A stretch of 62,922 bases of DNA, the filler included, from Reticulomyxa filosa (lineage: Eukaryota > Protista > Foraminifera): the NCBI GenBank assembly GCA_000512085.1. It is 17 parts of 17 records of this genome, joined end to end, with 100 filler letters (N's around TTAATTAATTAA, not from the genome) between each part and the next. Parts side by side here need not be neighbours in the genome. Positions count along the whole stretch, not along the records: positions 23,361 to 26,475 come from ASPP01004715.1; positions 26,576 to 27,772 come from ASPP01023681.1; positions 27,873 to 45,030 come from ASPP01005403.1; 14 more parts are not named here. One strand, written 5' to 3'. The notes under the pieces are model-generated. The model was not told where the DNA came from and made no database searches. It saw nothing but the letters and a program-made list of their open reading frames with translations. Of the stretch, positions 24,819-37,932 are shown piece by piece. Made by a program: the position numbers and the translations under genes. Position 1 is the first letter of the stretch. The number at the start of each line of letters is the position of its first letter.

Positions 24819-26575
24819 TAATTGACAATTAGTTGAAATTTTTTTTGGGTTTTAAGTTTAAGAATTTTTTTTCTTAAACACTTATGCTCTGGTTTAGGAC
24901 CTGGGCAAAGGTGTATAGTGTTGATTTGCATTTTATTTTCAAATTTTACCAAAACTTATATTTTATTTCCCCTTTTAATTAATTTCAACTTTTGTTTCTA
25001 ATTGAAAGACTAACCGTTGAGTATCTGTTCTTTATTATGAGCTCTTTGGAAGTATAGGATCACAGTAGAATGCAAAGAACCTCAAATGTCTTTGAAAATA
25101 TGTGCGTTTTTTCATGAAAATGAACATTTAACCGAAATTTTGTAAAAATTTATCTACAAAACATAGTTTTCAAATATAATTTATTCATATCTTAAAGGAA
25201 AATAATGCATCATATTTGCACTTGATTTTTTCACATTTATCATTAAAGAAATACAGCAATTTATTTTAATTTAATCTTACTCCAGTTTTTACATAGCTGA
25301 ACAAAATTAAGAATTTATAAGATATAAGTCGCATCAAAAAAGGAACAAAAACGAAATCTTTGTGATTTAACAAGTTAAAATGAAAGCAAGTGTTTCATTT
25401 TTTGCCTGAAATGTAAAAATGGAGCAAATGACGCAAACACCAGTGTCAAAAAGAACACAAAATACAAAGAAACAACCTTAAGCAACTTAAAAATTTACTC
25501 ACTTTTTCAAAATCATAAATCGCATTTACAAAAGATGTGGATGAACAAGTTTAGATTTTTGGTCCAAAGATACATACAGTTCATTGTTGCAGTGAACTAG
25601 ACTGCTTCATGTATTCTTAATAGTAATTCAGAGTCAGACTATTTAATAACTAAAATCAAATTTAAAATGGAGTACATAAAAATGTAAGAAATCGCAAAAA
25701 CTGTTTTAATTGAGTAAATAACTTAATTATTTAGAACTTTGAAACACTGTCCTTGATATTTTTATAAAAGATAGAGGGAAAATAATAAGATGTACTTTAA
25801 GAAGGGGGGGTTGTATACTAAGCATCGACAAGATCTATTTCAATATACCAAACATGTGAAGTGATTGCCAATACATTTGTAAAAAAAAATTTATAAAATA
25901 AATATTTTTTCAAACACGATTTTCTTTGCAAGAGCCTTTTTGTCACAGCAAGCAAACAAATTAGTCAAGGTATTTGAGTGATAATAATAAAAAAATACAA
26001 GTGATGTTTGGAGCAACGATGAAGCACTATACTACCCTTTAGAATGCATCAAAGTGAATGCTTTTATGGGACAGAGAAACATGGAACCATTTGTTTAATG
26101 TTGTCCATATATTTGCTACGTAAATAGTAATGGACATAGTATATATTTTTTTTCTCGAATCGATTATATTTACTATCAAAAGATTGATCAAACATTATTT
26201 TTTTGAAAATGATTCAAACTCTTGTGGATTACCCTAATCTTCAAATTCTATATGAATACCTTCTTTCCAAGTATCCAATGGCAGAATACTGATGATTGAG
26301 TGTTCAAGAAGAAAAAGACAATTAAGACTTGAGTTGTTTGTTTTTTTTTCAGTAACGCTTCTTTTGCTCATAATATAGCAAAGATTAATTGTCTGCATAA
26401 GTCAGACCAACGCTTAATTCTTTTACCAGAAAATGAAAATAATTTGTGAAGTTGGAAAGTAAGTTAATGAACAAANNNNNNNNNNNNNNNNNNNNNNNNN
26501 NNNNNNNNNNNNNNNNNNNTTAATTAATTAANNNNNNNNNNNNNNNNNNNNNNNNNNNNNNNNNNNNNNNNNNNN

Positions 26576-27518
26576 GAACCGGGCGCGGCCTTGGCGGCCA
26601 CCTGGAGAGCGATGGCAAAGGTCGAGCCACCGGAGATGCCGGTGAAGATGCCTTCCTTCTGCGCCAGCGCCTTGGCGCATTTGATACCCTCGGCCCCGGC
26701 AATCGGCAGCAGCTCGTCGTAGTACTTCCTGTCGATCGACTCCTGCAGCACGAGCGGGATGAAGTCCGGCGTCCAGCCCTGGATCGGATGCGGTTCGAAC
26801 GCGGGATGGCTGACCGCGGGTGAGCCGTCCGCCGTCCGCTCCTGCGCCTTGCCGCTGCCGACGAGCTGGGCGTTGGCCGGTTCGGTCAGGATGATCTTCG
26901 TCTCCGGCCGCTCCTTGCGCAGCACCCGCGCCACACCGGTCACGGTGCCGCCGGTCCCGTAGCCGCTCACGAAATAGTCGAGCCGGCTGCCCTTGAAGTC
27001 GGCCAGGATCTCGCGCGCCGTCGTCGTCTCGTGGATCTCGGCATTGGCGTCGGTTCGAACTGGTGGGCCAGGAACCAGCCGTTGGCCTTCGCGAGTTCGA
27101 CCGCCTTCTGGTACATGCCGAAGCCCTTCTGCGCGCGGGGCGTGAGGACGACCTTGGCGCCCAGCATGCGCATCAGCTTGCGCCGCTCGATCGAGAAGCT
27201 GTCGGCCATGGTGACCACCAGCGGATAGCCCTTCTGGGCGCAGACCATGGCCAGGCCGATACCGGTATTGCCGCTGGTCGCCTCGACCACGGTCTGTCCG
27301 GGCTTGAGCGTGCCGTTGCGCTCCGCCGCCTCGATGATGTTGACGGCCAGGCGGTCCTTGACGGAGCCGCCAGGATTGAAGGCCTCGGCCTTGACGTAGA
27401 TCGTGACGCCCTTCGGCGCGAGCGCGTTTATGCGGATGCAAGGCGTATCGCCGATCGTGTCGAGCACGTTGTCGAAAAGCCGGCCGCGTCCCGCGGTGGT
27501 CCGGATGCTGGCGACCAT
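26576..27518 (-). CDS. cysK: Bacterial cysteine synthase A (O-acetylserine sulfhydrylase), 3'-truncated, with an apparent 1-nt deletion at ~27055
   Basis: PLP-lysine motif KAEAFNPGGSVKDR, EATSGNTGIGLA, GYGTGGT, PHPIQG and EGIFTGISGG. AGGGAGA RBS at 27524-27530 precedes the ATG. The contig is GC-rich with no introns (proteobacterial-type). Confidence 0.93.
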
Positions 27519-28353
27519 GTTCGTCTCCCTGTGCGTGGAGGTGAATTCTACGCCGGTTACGCAGGGCCGCGAAACGCTTGATACGCAATCCGTATCGACC
27601 TCGCCTCTTGATGCATCCCTCGATAGGTTAATCTGGCAGACGCGGCGACGTGCCGCGTGGAGTCTGGACATGAGCACCGCAGCCGAACGACCGGACATCG
27701 ATCCGCAATTCAACCGCATGATCTCGGACGCACCCGGCGAAACGCTCGGCCGGTTCACCGCGCCGCGACGGTNNNNNNNNNNNNNNNNNNNNNNNNNNNN
27801 NNNNNNNNNNNNNNNNTTAATTAATTAANNNNNNNNNNNNNNNNNNNNNNNNNNNNNNNNNNNNNNNNNNNNACACTTGCAGCTACAAATCCTTGATCCA
27901 TTCTTTTGAACAAAGTTATTGTCAATCTCACTTTCACACAAAAATAAAAAACTACCTAAAATGTGATCAAACAAAAAGTGAAATTGGAGTTTTCTCAGAT
28001 GTGATATAATTACTTTTTTTTTTTGTAAATGTGGAATTAGTTTGCAAAGTTTAATACTGAAATACAATTGACAGCTAGTTGATGAAAGAAAAAGCACTCC
28101 ATAATTTTTTTTAGAGTGAATAATTAGATCTCCTAAGAAAAAAAACATCAATGGGTTAGTACAATGTTTCAAAACGAAGAATTAAGTAAGGATGAAATCA
28201 AGCTGTTATATTGATTGAAAGATGGAAAAAAGATGAGGTTTATTTCAAACACACATGGCAACATTCAACAAAATTCTCTGGTTCGTTGCAAAGTGCTTTG
28301 CAATTTTATTTGAATATACGTGGACAACTTCCAAAATTGGTAGTGCCTAAAAA

Positions 28354-31300
28354 TTATTGTTGCACGACCAATGGACGTTCTTTGATAGGAGGATTGTCTT
28401 CCAAATGTAATTGGAAGTCAATCCTGCAACGAAGCGTCCTATTGGAATCGCTATCCAAAACAGGAATGCCAAGTAGATTGAGTTGTGCTTCTTTGTGACC
28501 CTTTAATTTTTGGCCAAAGTCGTCCCATTTGAATCCGAATACTGTCTGTGGCTCAGTGCCTTCTTCCGTTTTTAACTTTACCACCATGTGTATATATCCA
28601 TACACTGGGCGTTTATCACTTCCAAAGCATTTCATTGTCAGTTTATTTTTACTTGTCCGAAAGCGAGAAAACAACTCACGATACTCAATATATAAATAAG
28701 CGAACACACACAAACACAAATATAAATATGACATATGTATATTCTGTGTTAATGTTTCTCTCTCTCGGAGTTGTGTACTTTTGATGAGCAATCAAATCTA
28801 AATTGAAAAAAAAAGATGTATACACAACTGTATCGACGTCATTTGTTTCTTCGGCAGCCTGTTGATCAAATGAGCGACTGCGAAATCTTCGAGTTCGTGG
28901 TTTGATAATCTCTCCACGCGTGGTCGACAATGGAGTGTCATTTGTCGGTGTGAGTCCATCGTCGGATTGGTGGTTGAGAAGACGATGTTCGTCGTTGTGT
29001 TCTGTTGTGTCTTCTAAAGGGGATTTCTCCTCGAGGATTTCGAGATTGGCATTACCGGCAAAGATTTGGTTGGTGTCTTTTTTTTTAATTTCCTGTTTCG
29101 ACAGTAACGAATTACTGCCAACACTGCTCGCATCGGCACTTTTGGCCGCAGTGATTGTGACAGGAAGATCAAGTCCCAGAGGAGCCTTTGGCGCTCTTGC
29201 AGCAGGCGGACGAGGCTTTTTATTGTTTGAAAGCGAAGCAGGCGAGTTGTCTTCAACAACGTCGTCTGTCGGAATACTGCTGTTATTGTTGCCATTATTA
29301 CTATTACTATCATTGTTGTTATCATTATTATTATTATTATTATTGTTATTGTTATTGTTATTGTTATTATTGCTATTATTATGGTTGTTGCTATTATTGA
29401 TATTACTGTTGTTAAGATCAATCTGCAATGGAGGTCTATTTGAAGAGCTGACGTTACTGAGTGCAAAAAAAGGCCTTGCTTTTTTTGGATGCAATGCTTT
29501 TTTTTTTCTTTCTCTGACTTGTGGTGATGGCAATAAATCATCGACATTTGCAGTAGCAGCTGGATGTATAATACTTTCACTCTTGGTGGACAGGCCTTGT
29601 GCACTGTCACTGTCTTCTCGATTGAGTTTCGTACGTGCCATCTCGTGTGCATGCGCACGATCATTGTGAACGTCCTCATGTGCCAAGCTAGAGCCTTCTG
29701 CTTTCGTGTGTTTCTTATCTATTGTACTGATCATATCCACCTGCATGGACATGTGCCGATGACTCGTGGTGTCGTCGACTGATGGCTTGGCACTGTGTTT
29801 GGTGCCGTCCATTTCATTATTGCTTACGTGTTGTGAGGGTCTGTCACCAAAGACGACCATCCGTGGCAACATACTGGTGGAAGCCCATTGCATTTCCACT
29901 GCCAACTTTGGCTCTGCTTTCTCATGTGGAGTCGACCACATCAACATTGGATCCTATTTTGTTCGTTCATTCACTTACTATGTTTTTTTTTTTTGGAGTG
30001 AAGTTTTTTTTAAAAAAGTATACGTACCTGTGGGTTAGAAGTGAGTGTGCCTGGAATTCTTTTTTGTAAACGAGAATGGGGTTTGTGTTTTCGTTTGTCC
30101 AAAGCATTTGCACTATGATAAAGCTTGGTCTTTCTCAGTTTGTGAGAAATGGAGCCAATTGCAATCTTTTTGCCGATGCTGTGATACATGGCCACGCGTT
30201 GTTTGGACAATGACTCAATCGTGGTGATGGTGCGATGGTATTGCTCCAAATCCTGCCGTGTGATCATCGTAGGAATGGCTTTTTGCTCGTCGAGCTCATA
30301 CGGAGCGGGAAACTGACACCACGCTTTTAACGGTTGAACGCGGCGATTGCCTCGGATTATCGTTATGTTGTGAATCATTATTACATATCGTTTCGGCCGT
30401 CCGCTTTTATATTTTAAAAAACATGATACATATACATATATGTATATGTACATATATATAAGCAAATGTATATGTTGAGAAGTCCTCTCAAAGCTTTGTA
30501 ATGATTCAAAACGTTTCATCAAATTCAGAAGGCGGTCGATGGGCCAAGATCGGACATTGCAATGTAAACCCACAATACACTGCAGAGTGATCAGACCCTT
30601 TTAAGTGATGGGGAATACACCCATAATTGTGAGTTTTCTTGTACACCCGCGATTGTGTGTTCAATATGCCGATATCATTTTCAGGTAACAGTTGACCTTG
30701 TGTTGTTGGCAATGAATGATACTTTCAATCCACATCCGCATACGCATATATATATATACATATATACATATACATATACATATATATTTTATATAGCATA
30801 TGGTACAATGTCCATTGTGTTGTATACGTTGCGTGTTACATATATGTTTATATATATTTATATATGTTTATATATGTTCATGTGCACAGTGTAAAATACC
30901 AAAATGCGATCAGTAAAAGATGGAAGTCTATCTTGTATTGCTCCACCTTTGTAGAATGGCACTTTGAATTTGGTTTGATAGACACTGTGTAGTCTTTGTC
31001 TGCGATCTTTTTGGGCTTGGCTAGATTGCAAGTCTTTGTTGCTGGCAATGGCCAAAGGGTCGTCATCGAAATCGTAATGGCGGTCAGGCTTCTTTTTATA
31101 CGTCGGATAAAAATCCAATCTCGGAATTGGCTCTCGAAACGGTGAAAAGGCCTGCCCCTTTTCCATTTCTTCTTTCAGCGAATCTTTTTTCCAAATTTTT
31201 TCCAATTGTCCCGTGGACATATACTCTACTGCCTTTTTTTTTTTAAGTTTTCGTCACCAAAGGTTGAAAATAGAGGGAGGGGAAAAATCAAATATATACA

Positions 31301-31645
31301 TATATATAATATATGTTATGAAATGGCAGAAGAAGACCATATAAAATAGTGGTTCCCCTCCCTCCTCTGCATTTTTTAAATTCTGATTTTTTTTTTTTTT
31401 AAAAAAAGCGAAACTTGTTCGCCGGTGATATCTTCCAAACGGTAGTTCAAATCGCCGAACCACACAACGTGGTGGAATTGCTCCAACAAATGAAATGCGG
31501 GCAAACCTAACTTGGAACCAGATCTTTCGACTATGGTTTTGTAATACTCTCTTTTTTGCTATGAGACAACAGGGTATGGTGTATGTTTTGTGATTTGTGA
31601 TTTGTGACAATTGAAAGAAGGAACACGACTACTATTAATTAATAG

Positions 31646-31678
<33 letters not shown>

Positions 31679-32321
31679 TTGTAATAATAATAATAATAAT
31701 GAATAAATAAAACAGTTATCTTACTGGCGCAGCGTTGCACGACATGTGAGCAGAAATGAAACAGATGGAAACTCCATAAATTTTTAAAACGATGCCTGCA
31801 GCTCCTTTGGAACCTTCCATCATTCCTGCGGAGACTGCTCCTGCTCGTTTCAATTGGATCACATTTTTTTTATCCTTTTTGAAGTACACTCCGATTCCTG
31901 TATATTTCGAACTGATAAACGATCCGTCGCCTCTGCCCTCCACACGATCTTCTTTCAATGAGATGCGAAAGCGCTTCACTTTCTTCGGCTTAAAGTACTC
32001 CGTTAACAAGTCAAAGTATCCATCGTCCACGCCTTCTTGGACTCCAAATACATAGACCTGTTCTCACATCCAATCTCAGCGCACTTTCTTCTTACAAGTG
32101 GACACAACAAAAAACAATCATAAACATTCACGCAAACGTAAGTGCTTTACGTCATAATTTGCTGGTACAATATTCATTAATTCGTTCATTTTACTTGTAT
32201 CTACACGTTTTGTCCCATCTTCTGAGGTTATTGTTGGGAAATGTGATTTTGCTCCCATATTCCAAGTACATACCCATATTTTGGTTATTGCTTCGCATTT
32301 TTGTTCTTCTATTTCACTCAT
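28354..32321 (-). CDS. Inositol polyphosphate 5-phosphatase (IPPc domain) with a long low-complexity C-terminal region, multi-exon
   Basis: Motifs in order across exons: KIWVCTWNMG, VFGVQEG, GSKGAAGI...ICFISAH, QFHHVVWFGDLNYR (31440-31480), DSLKEEM...FYPTYKK, PSFTDRIL and SDHSAVYCGF. GT-AG joins checked by hand keep frame (EQ|AVEYM; DET|GRPKRY). Confidence 0.9.
29283..29412 (-). repeat. (AAT/AAC)n trinucleotide tract encoding poly-Asn in the 5-phosphatase
   Basis: NNSNINNSNNHNNSNNNNNNN... in ORF 28685-29947. Confidence 0.9.
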
Positions 32322-35300
32322 TTGAGACTTCGATGCAATTATGCTGAAAAAATTGGAACGTACAAAGGTTCCCCTGGAAACGGGTTTAACAAATTGTAAT
32401 ACGAAAGAGTTGTTCGTTGAGAAACTCCAACAAAAAGACAATAATAAGAAAAGTTAGTCCGAAAAATTAATTGTCTACTCACAATACAAAATTAACAACT
32501 AATGTTATTAAAATTATTTTTTTAAACGCAAAAATAAAAAAAATAATGCAAACTTTATTTTTAGGCTTAACTTAAAAAAAAAACTACCAAATGTAACCTT
32601 AATAGTTTGATCAAAAAAAACAAAACTTTCTTTTTTCCTTGTTATTAGCGTTCCGTCTTCGTCAACCTTGTCATCTCAACAATTTCAAGTTAGTCATTAG
32701 TTCAATTTATTCTGTTATTTCTGTTGATTACTGACTAATTTTCGACAACATATGCTCAAGAAAGTGTAACGAAGATAATGTTAATGATGGAAACTCCATT
32801 CATATATTTCATAGCTCTATTCAACTATCAAACTTTATAATTATATGAACGAATAGTATAAACATAAAATACAATATAATGACTTATATTTATTTTATAT
32901 TTGTATTTAATAATTTTTGGAATTATCAATTTTGGGATTTTGCTACATAATGTTATTATTTGTATTTGTTATTTGTTGAAAAATATATAAAAAATATATA
33001 ACACATTTAACATAATAAAAAGACATTAATAGTTATCCGTAAGTTATATACAATTAGCTTGAGTTAGTATGAATATGTGGTCTAAATGTAATACGAAAGC
33101 TGTTACTAAATAATATTCATTAAAAAAACCAAAAGAATTGAAATAATAAAGAAATAACAAACACTGATAATGCTAAGAAAACAGAAATGTTGTTTATTGT
33201 ATATAAAGAGTTCAAGCATAATGTACCACGAATTTGCATTAACTAGCTTTGTTACATTTGATCTAACTCAAATGATAATACTAAATATATAATTTGAAAT
33301 TACTTTATGATTTTATTTGTTTTCATATTATATTTGTTTTACATTATTCATACTTGCCACTATTCACAATATTTGCGATGTTAGATTAGCAATTCTATTG
33401 TGAATTTAGTGCTATTGTATGCTATAATTGTTTTATGAATTACATGCAGGCATACATTAGTGTCCAAAAGATATTCACTTTGTTTTGCTTATCTTGAGAT
33501 TTAATAGCTACATAACGAGTAAATCGAGCAACTTTTATTAGACTGTATTAATAATTACAATCAGTTTCGGACATTAACAGACCAGATCCAAGTCTATCAT
33601 TTGGAATGGTACTGTAGCCGGAAAATCTTGCAATTCTCAAACATGCTTTCATAAAAATGATTTTGCAATTTGACATGTAAATAATGTTTTGTAAAAATTT
33701 TTGATAGTCAAACATTCATGATAAATATAACATTTATTGAATAATCGATATTACTCGTTGTGTACTTTGATGTCGAAAGAACTAATTTTTTTACATTGCC
33801 AATAATAAGTTTATTTGTAAATATTTTTCAGCTGTCTGTTGCAACTAAGATATATACAATATATACATCTACACATTATATCACTAAAAATAGATTTCAT
33901 TTATGTTGGAATATGAAGTTGCGCTTGTGAATCCAAATCACATTATATTCCAACTAGTATAATATTTGGTGTTATAAATACTGTTTTGTGACTGTATTTT
34001 TTCAGATTTGTACATATAACTAAAATTATAGCAAATCTAATTTTGAAAATATACGTTTGCTTGACAATTTCTTTGGTATATCATTTGCATTTGACATTGT
34101 CAATTCGTAACTTGTTTTATCTTGATTTAATTCAAATAATTGCTAAAATGCATAATTTACATACTTTCTTTTTTTAATTATTATCATATGCTTTCCAGTA
34201 ATTTGATTTGTATTTCTACTATTCTTAATACACAATATTGAATGAGCTTTTAGATAATAATATCTGATTATTATGTATGATTAATTAAATCGACTTTTTT
34301 ATTTGTAGCTAGATATCACTTAAAATTTTCGCATTTAATTCAATATTTGTACTTTTAATAATTGTCACTATGTCGTCATTATAGAACTATAAAGTTGATA
34401 TTGTATAGTTTAAGTTCGATTTTTCTTTATTCATATTAGTTTTTTTATCAATATAATATATTTCATAATTACATGATATATAATCCAAATACGCAAATAC
34501 ATTTCGTTCGATTGTATGTGCTCAAATTTTCATTATATAACTTCAATTCATAACAAATCAGATTTAATGCAATTCTATATAAAATAAAGTTATTGTAATA
34601 ATAAAAGCTTTCTTTAAACATATTATGTATTTATCTTTAGTATCTTTAAATTTAGATATTTTTTCTTGTGATGTAGTATATTTTACTGTATGTTCACAAT
34701 GAAAACATTTTCAACTTTATCAAGATTTTGCCGTTCGGATGCGACGTTGTTACTATTCTCATTTTATTGTATTATTTCTTTGTAACTAAATTTTTCATTA
34801 ATTTGAATTATGTTTTTATTGTTAATTGTATTTTTTACATTTGATAAGTTTGTTCAAATTTTTGTTTAAATAAATAGTATTTTTACTTAACATAATATTC
34901 AAATCAGTTTTATATTTTATACTGTATTTTTTATCGATTAATGTTGTATTTTATTGTGTAATTTTTTCTTGATTTGCTTCAACTAACAAATAACATTTTT
35001 CTCAATATATGATTATAATTATACTACTATTTGTATAAGATAAAAGTTCAATGTTGCATTTCAGTTGTTGAAATTTTTTATTTTTAAGACTTTTTGTCTT
35101 GATTTCTATTTTCTTCCAATCAAAGATAAATTTACAAATAACTTAATATCTTTAGATAAAGATCATTTGGTGCTCTTGCAATTGGAAATTGCTATATTTG
35201 TAAAACATTAACTAAAATTTCACAGTCAATATAATACAAAATTTTTCGTATTTATACATACATAGCAATGCAATGAAGCAGATCATGACGTCAATGAAAT

Positions 35301-35501
35301 AGAAATAAATGCAATAATAACACCACACAACATCAACAGTGTATTGTCTGTATGTACGCATTCAAAACGAACGTCTTTTTCTGGTGCAGTTGCAATTATG
35401 GCACTGACAAGTCCTCATTGTATGTCTGATGTTGCTGGATATTTTTCACTAACAACTAAGTATGCTCATGATCATTGTTTAACAAGTGCGTTTTTTTTTT
35501 T

Positions 35502-35575
35502 AGTACTGTGTTCCTTTGGGACGAGGTACTCTTTTAACTAGTATAAGATCTATAAATCCAGCTAAAAAAAAATTG
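35502..35575. repeat. ~75-bp conserved element, copy 1 (copy 2 at 42463-42540)
   Basis: TAGTACTGTGTTCCTTTGGGACGAGGTACTCTTTTAACTAGTATAAGATCT vs TAGTACTGTGTTCCTTTTGGGACGAAGTGCTAATTTTAACTTGAATAAGATCT. Confidence 0.85.
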
Positions 35576-35839
35576 ATAGCAGATATCCTGATGAGAACGT
35601 CTAAAGAGTTAATAAAATTTTGAAAGATACAAGTATTTTTATTTGTAACAAGTTAGACTAAAAATTTATGACAACGCTAGACATCAATAGTGTTTTGGTG
35701 TGTAGTATGTTTTGTCCAAACAAACGTCTGAGTAAAAATTGACAGAGAAAGCTATTTGTAAGACAAGCAGTAGTACATCAATAGATGTCGCAACGAACTG
35801 TTGCTTCGAAGAAAAACGGGTTAGTTTGTTAATTTTACA

Positions 35840-37569
35840 ATGTCACGTGAATTGAAGTACTACACCTTGGAAGAAGTATCCCGGCATAATAAGGCCACAG
35901 ATTGTTGGCTGATACTTTACGATAAGGTGTATGACGTGACCTCTTTTGTGAATGATCATCCAGGGGGGGTGAACCTAATAGTAGACAATAGTGGCAAGGA
36001 TGCGACGGAAGTATTTGAGTCGGTGGGCCACACCAAAGCGCTACTGACGACAATCTTAGCCGCAGACGCTTGCATCGGCCACCTCCACCCAGACGACCGA
36101 AGGAAGCCATCCACCCCGCAGTCAGCAGCAAAAAGCGCAGCCTCCGTCCGCACTGCAGAGGAAGACAAGTCACCGGCGAAAGTATTGGAAGTCGGGACGA
36201 CGGAAGAGACAGTGCCAGAGTTGGACAAATTCATTAACGTGTACGACTTTGAAAAGTACGCACCGTTGAAGATGACGAAGCAAGGCCTGGCCTATTACAG
36301 CAGTGGAAGTGATGACGAGATAACGTTGCGAGAGAACCAGCAAATCTTCGGAAGGATATGGTTGAGGCCCCGTGTTCTAGGTGAGCATTAAGGAGGAGAT
36401 AAGGGGGAGAGGGGGGGAGGGAAAGGAGATAGAGGGAGTAATTTTTTTTAAAATTGTGAATCAAAATATAAAAATAAAAGTGGACGTAACCACGGTGGAT
36501 ATGCGAACAAAGATCCTGGGCTTTGAATCGTCGTGTCCAATATATCTGTCGGCGACGGCGTTGGGCAAGTTGGCACACGACGACGGCGAGTTGGCCATTG
36601 CGCGCGCGGCGTACAATAGCGGCGTGATTCAGATGATTCCGACGCTGGGCAGCTACTCGTTGGAAGAAATCTGCAATGCGCGCGTCGACAAAACCAGCCA
36701 AGTGCAATTCTTTCAGCTGTACGTCAATGCCAATCGCGAACTGACTCGCAAGTTGGTCAAAACGGCCGAGGCGCATGGGTGCAAGGCGCTCTTCATCACC
36801 GTCGACGCCCCGCAATTGGCACGTCGCGAAAGAGACATGCGCTTCAAGGTCAACACCAATCCTGCCAACGTGCAATCGAATCAATCATCGTCGAATGGAT
36901 CCACACAACAGGGCTTTTCCAAAGCACTCAGTTCTTTCATTGATCCCTCGTTGCAATGGAAAGACATTGCATGGTTTCAGTCCATCACAAACATGAAGAT
37001 CGTGTTAAAGGGTATGTTCTTCGATATATACATATATGTATATACATATATATATACATATATATATACTTGTGTATATGCTAGGCATTCAATGCGCAGA
37101 GGACGCTCTGCTGGCTGTCAAGCATGGCGTTGATGGGATCGTGCTGTCCAATCACGGCGGGAGACAACTGGACACTTCGCGGTCCAGCATCGAGGTGCTG
37201 GTCGAGGTCATGGACGCTCTGAAACGCGCACGTGTAGACGACCGCATTGAGGTGTATGTGGATGGGGGCATTCGACGGGGCACCGATATCTTCAAGGCAC
37301 TGGCCTTGGGCGCCAAGGCCGTCGGCATTGGCAGACCCATGCTATGGGGATTGGCTTGCCACGGACAGCCAGGGGTTCAAAAGGTCATCGATCTACTCAA
37401 GGCCGAACTCGAGTCCACCATGAGGCTCATGGGAACACCCACTCTTGCCGCCATTCGAAAAGATATGCTTGTTGTGGACGACATCTCACATCATGTTACC
37501 TTTGTACCCACGAATGAACTGGCCAGTCAGGTCTATACTCCACTTAAACCACTTACCAGTAAAATGTAA
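35840..37569 (+). CDS. CYB2: Flavocytochrome b2 / L-lactate dehydrogenase (cytochrome): cytochrome b5 domain + FMN alpha-hydroxy acid dehydrogenase; introns 36381-36480 and 37012-37084
   Basis: b5 motifs DCW...KVYDVTSFVNDHPGG and GH. FMN-domain motifs AYYSSGSDDEITLREN, LRPRVL|VDV, FFQLYV, ITVDAP...RRERD, VLK|GIQ, SNHGGRQLD and DGGIRRGTDIFKALALGA. Both introns are GT-AG and preserve frame. Confidence 0.95.
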
Positions 37570-37932
37570 ACTATTTACTTTCATCTCATTTCCCCCCCTA
37601 TCTTCATCAAACATTTCTTCCTATTCTTTTCTTCTCGTTTCATCAATATTCTCTCAACCAGTATTGTTGCTTTTTTTTTTTCCTTTCCAAGAGGCTTATC
37701 TCAATATCCAATCTTTTATGTGCTAAGCACTTTTTTTGATGAATCCGTGTCTCAAGCACGCTCTTTCTTTTTAAAAAAAGCATCAGTGAACAAGTGGTAA
37801 TGCAAAGGAAAGGACCAAAGAAATTATATAATCCATTGTGACTGCAGCATGTGTGGTGTCAAAAGAACAATTTGAAATTGAAACAATAAATTTTTAAAAA
37901 CTACTTAATAAGAAACAAACACTCAAAAGAAT

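Noticed and set aside
26524-27828. Several long overlapping ORFs on both strands of the GC-rich contigs (also 61586-62855)
   Set aside because: They are stop-poor alternative frames of high-GC bacterial genes. Only cysK, potH and potI have family motifs.
28902-29669. 255-aa poly-Leu ORF (also 59206-59457 and 58944-59729)
   Set aside because: These are antisense shadows of poly-Asn and SK/RS repeat exons.
32450-35480. 3-kb ORF-free AT-rich stretch as an RNA gene or organellar insert
   Set aside because: No tRNA, rRNA or snRNA motifs or organellar gene remnants were recognised. It is treated as intergenic DNA.
35585-35625. CTGATGAG motif suggesting a hammerhead ribozyme next to the 75-bp element
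   Set aside because: There is no GAAA core after a stem II and no matching stems I/III, and it is absent from the second copy.
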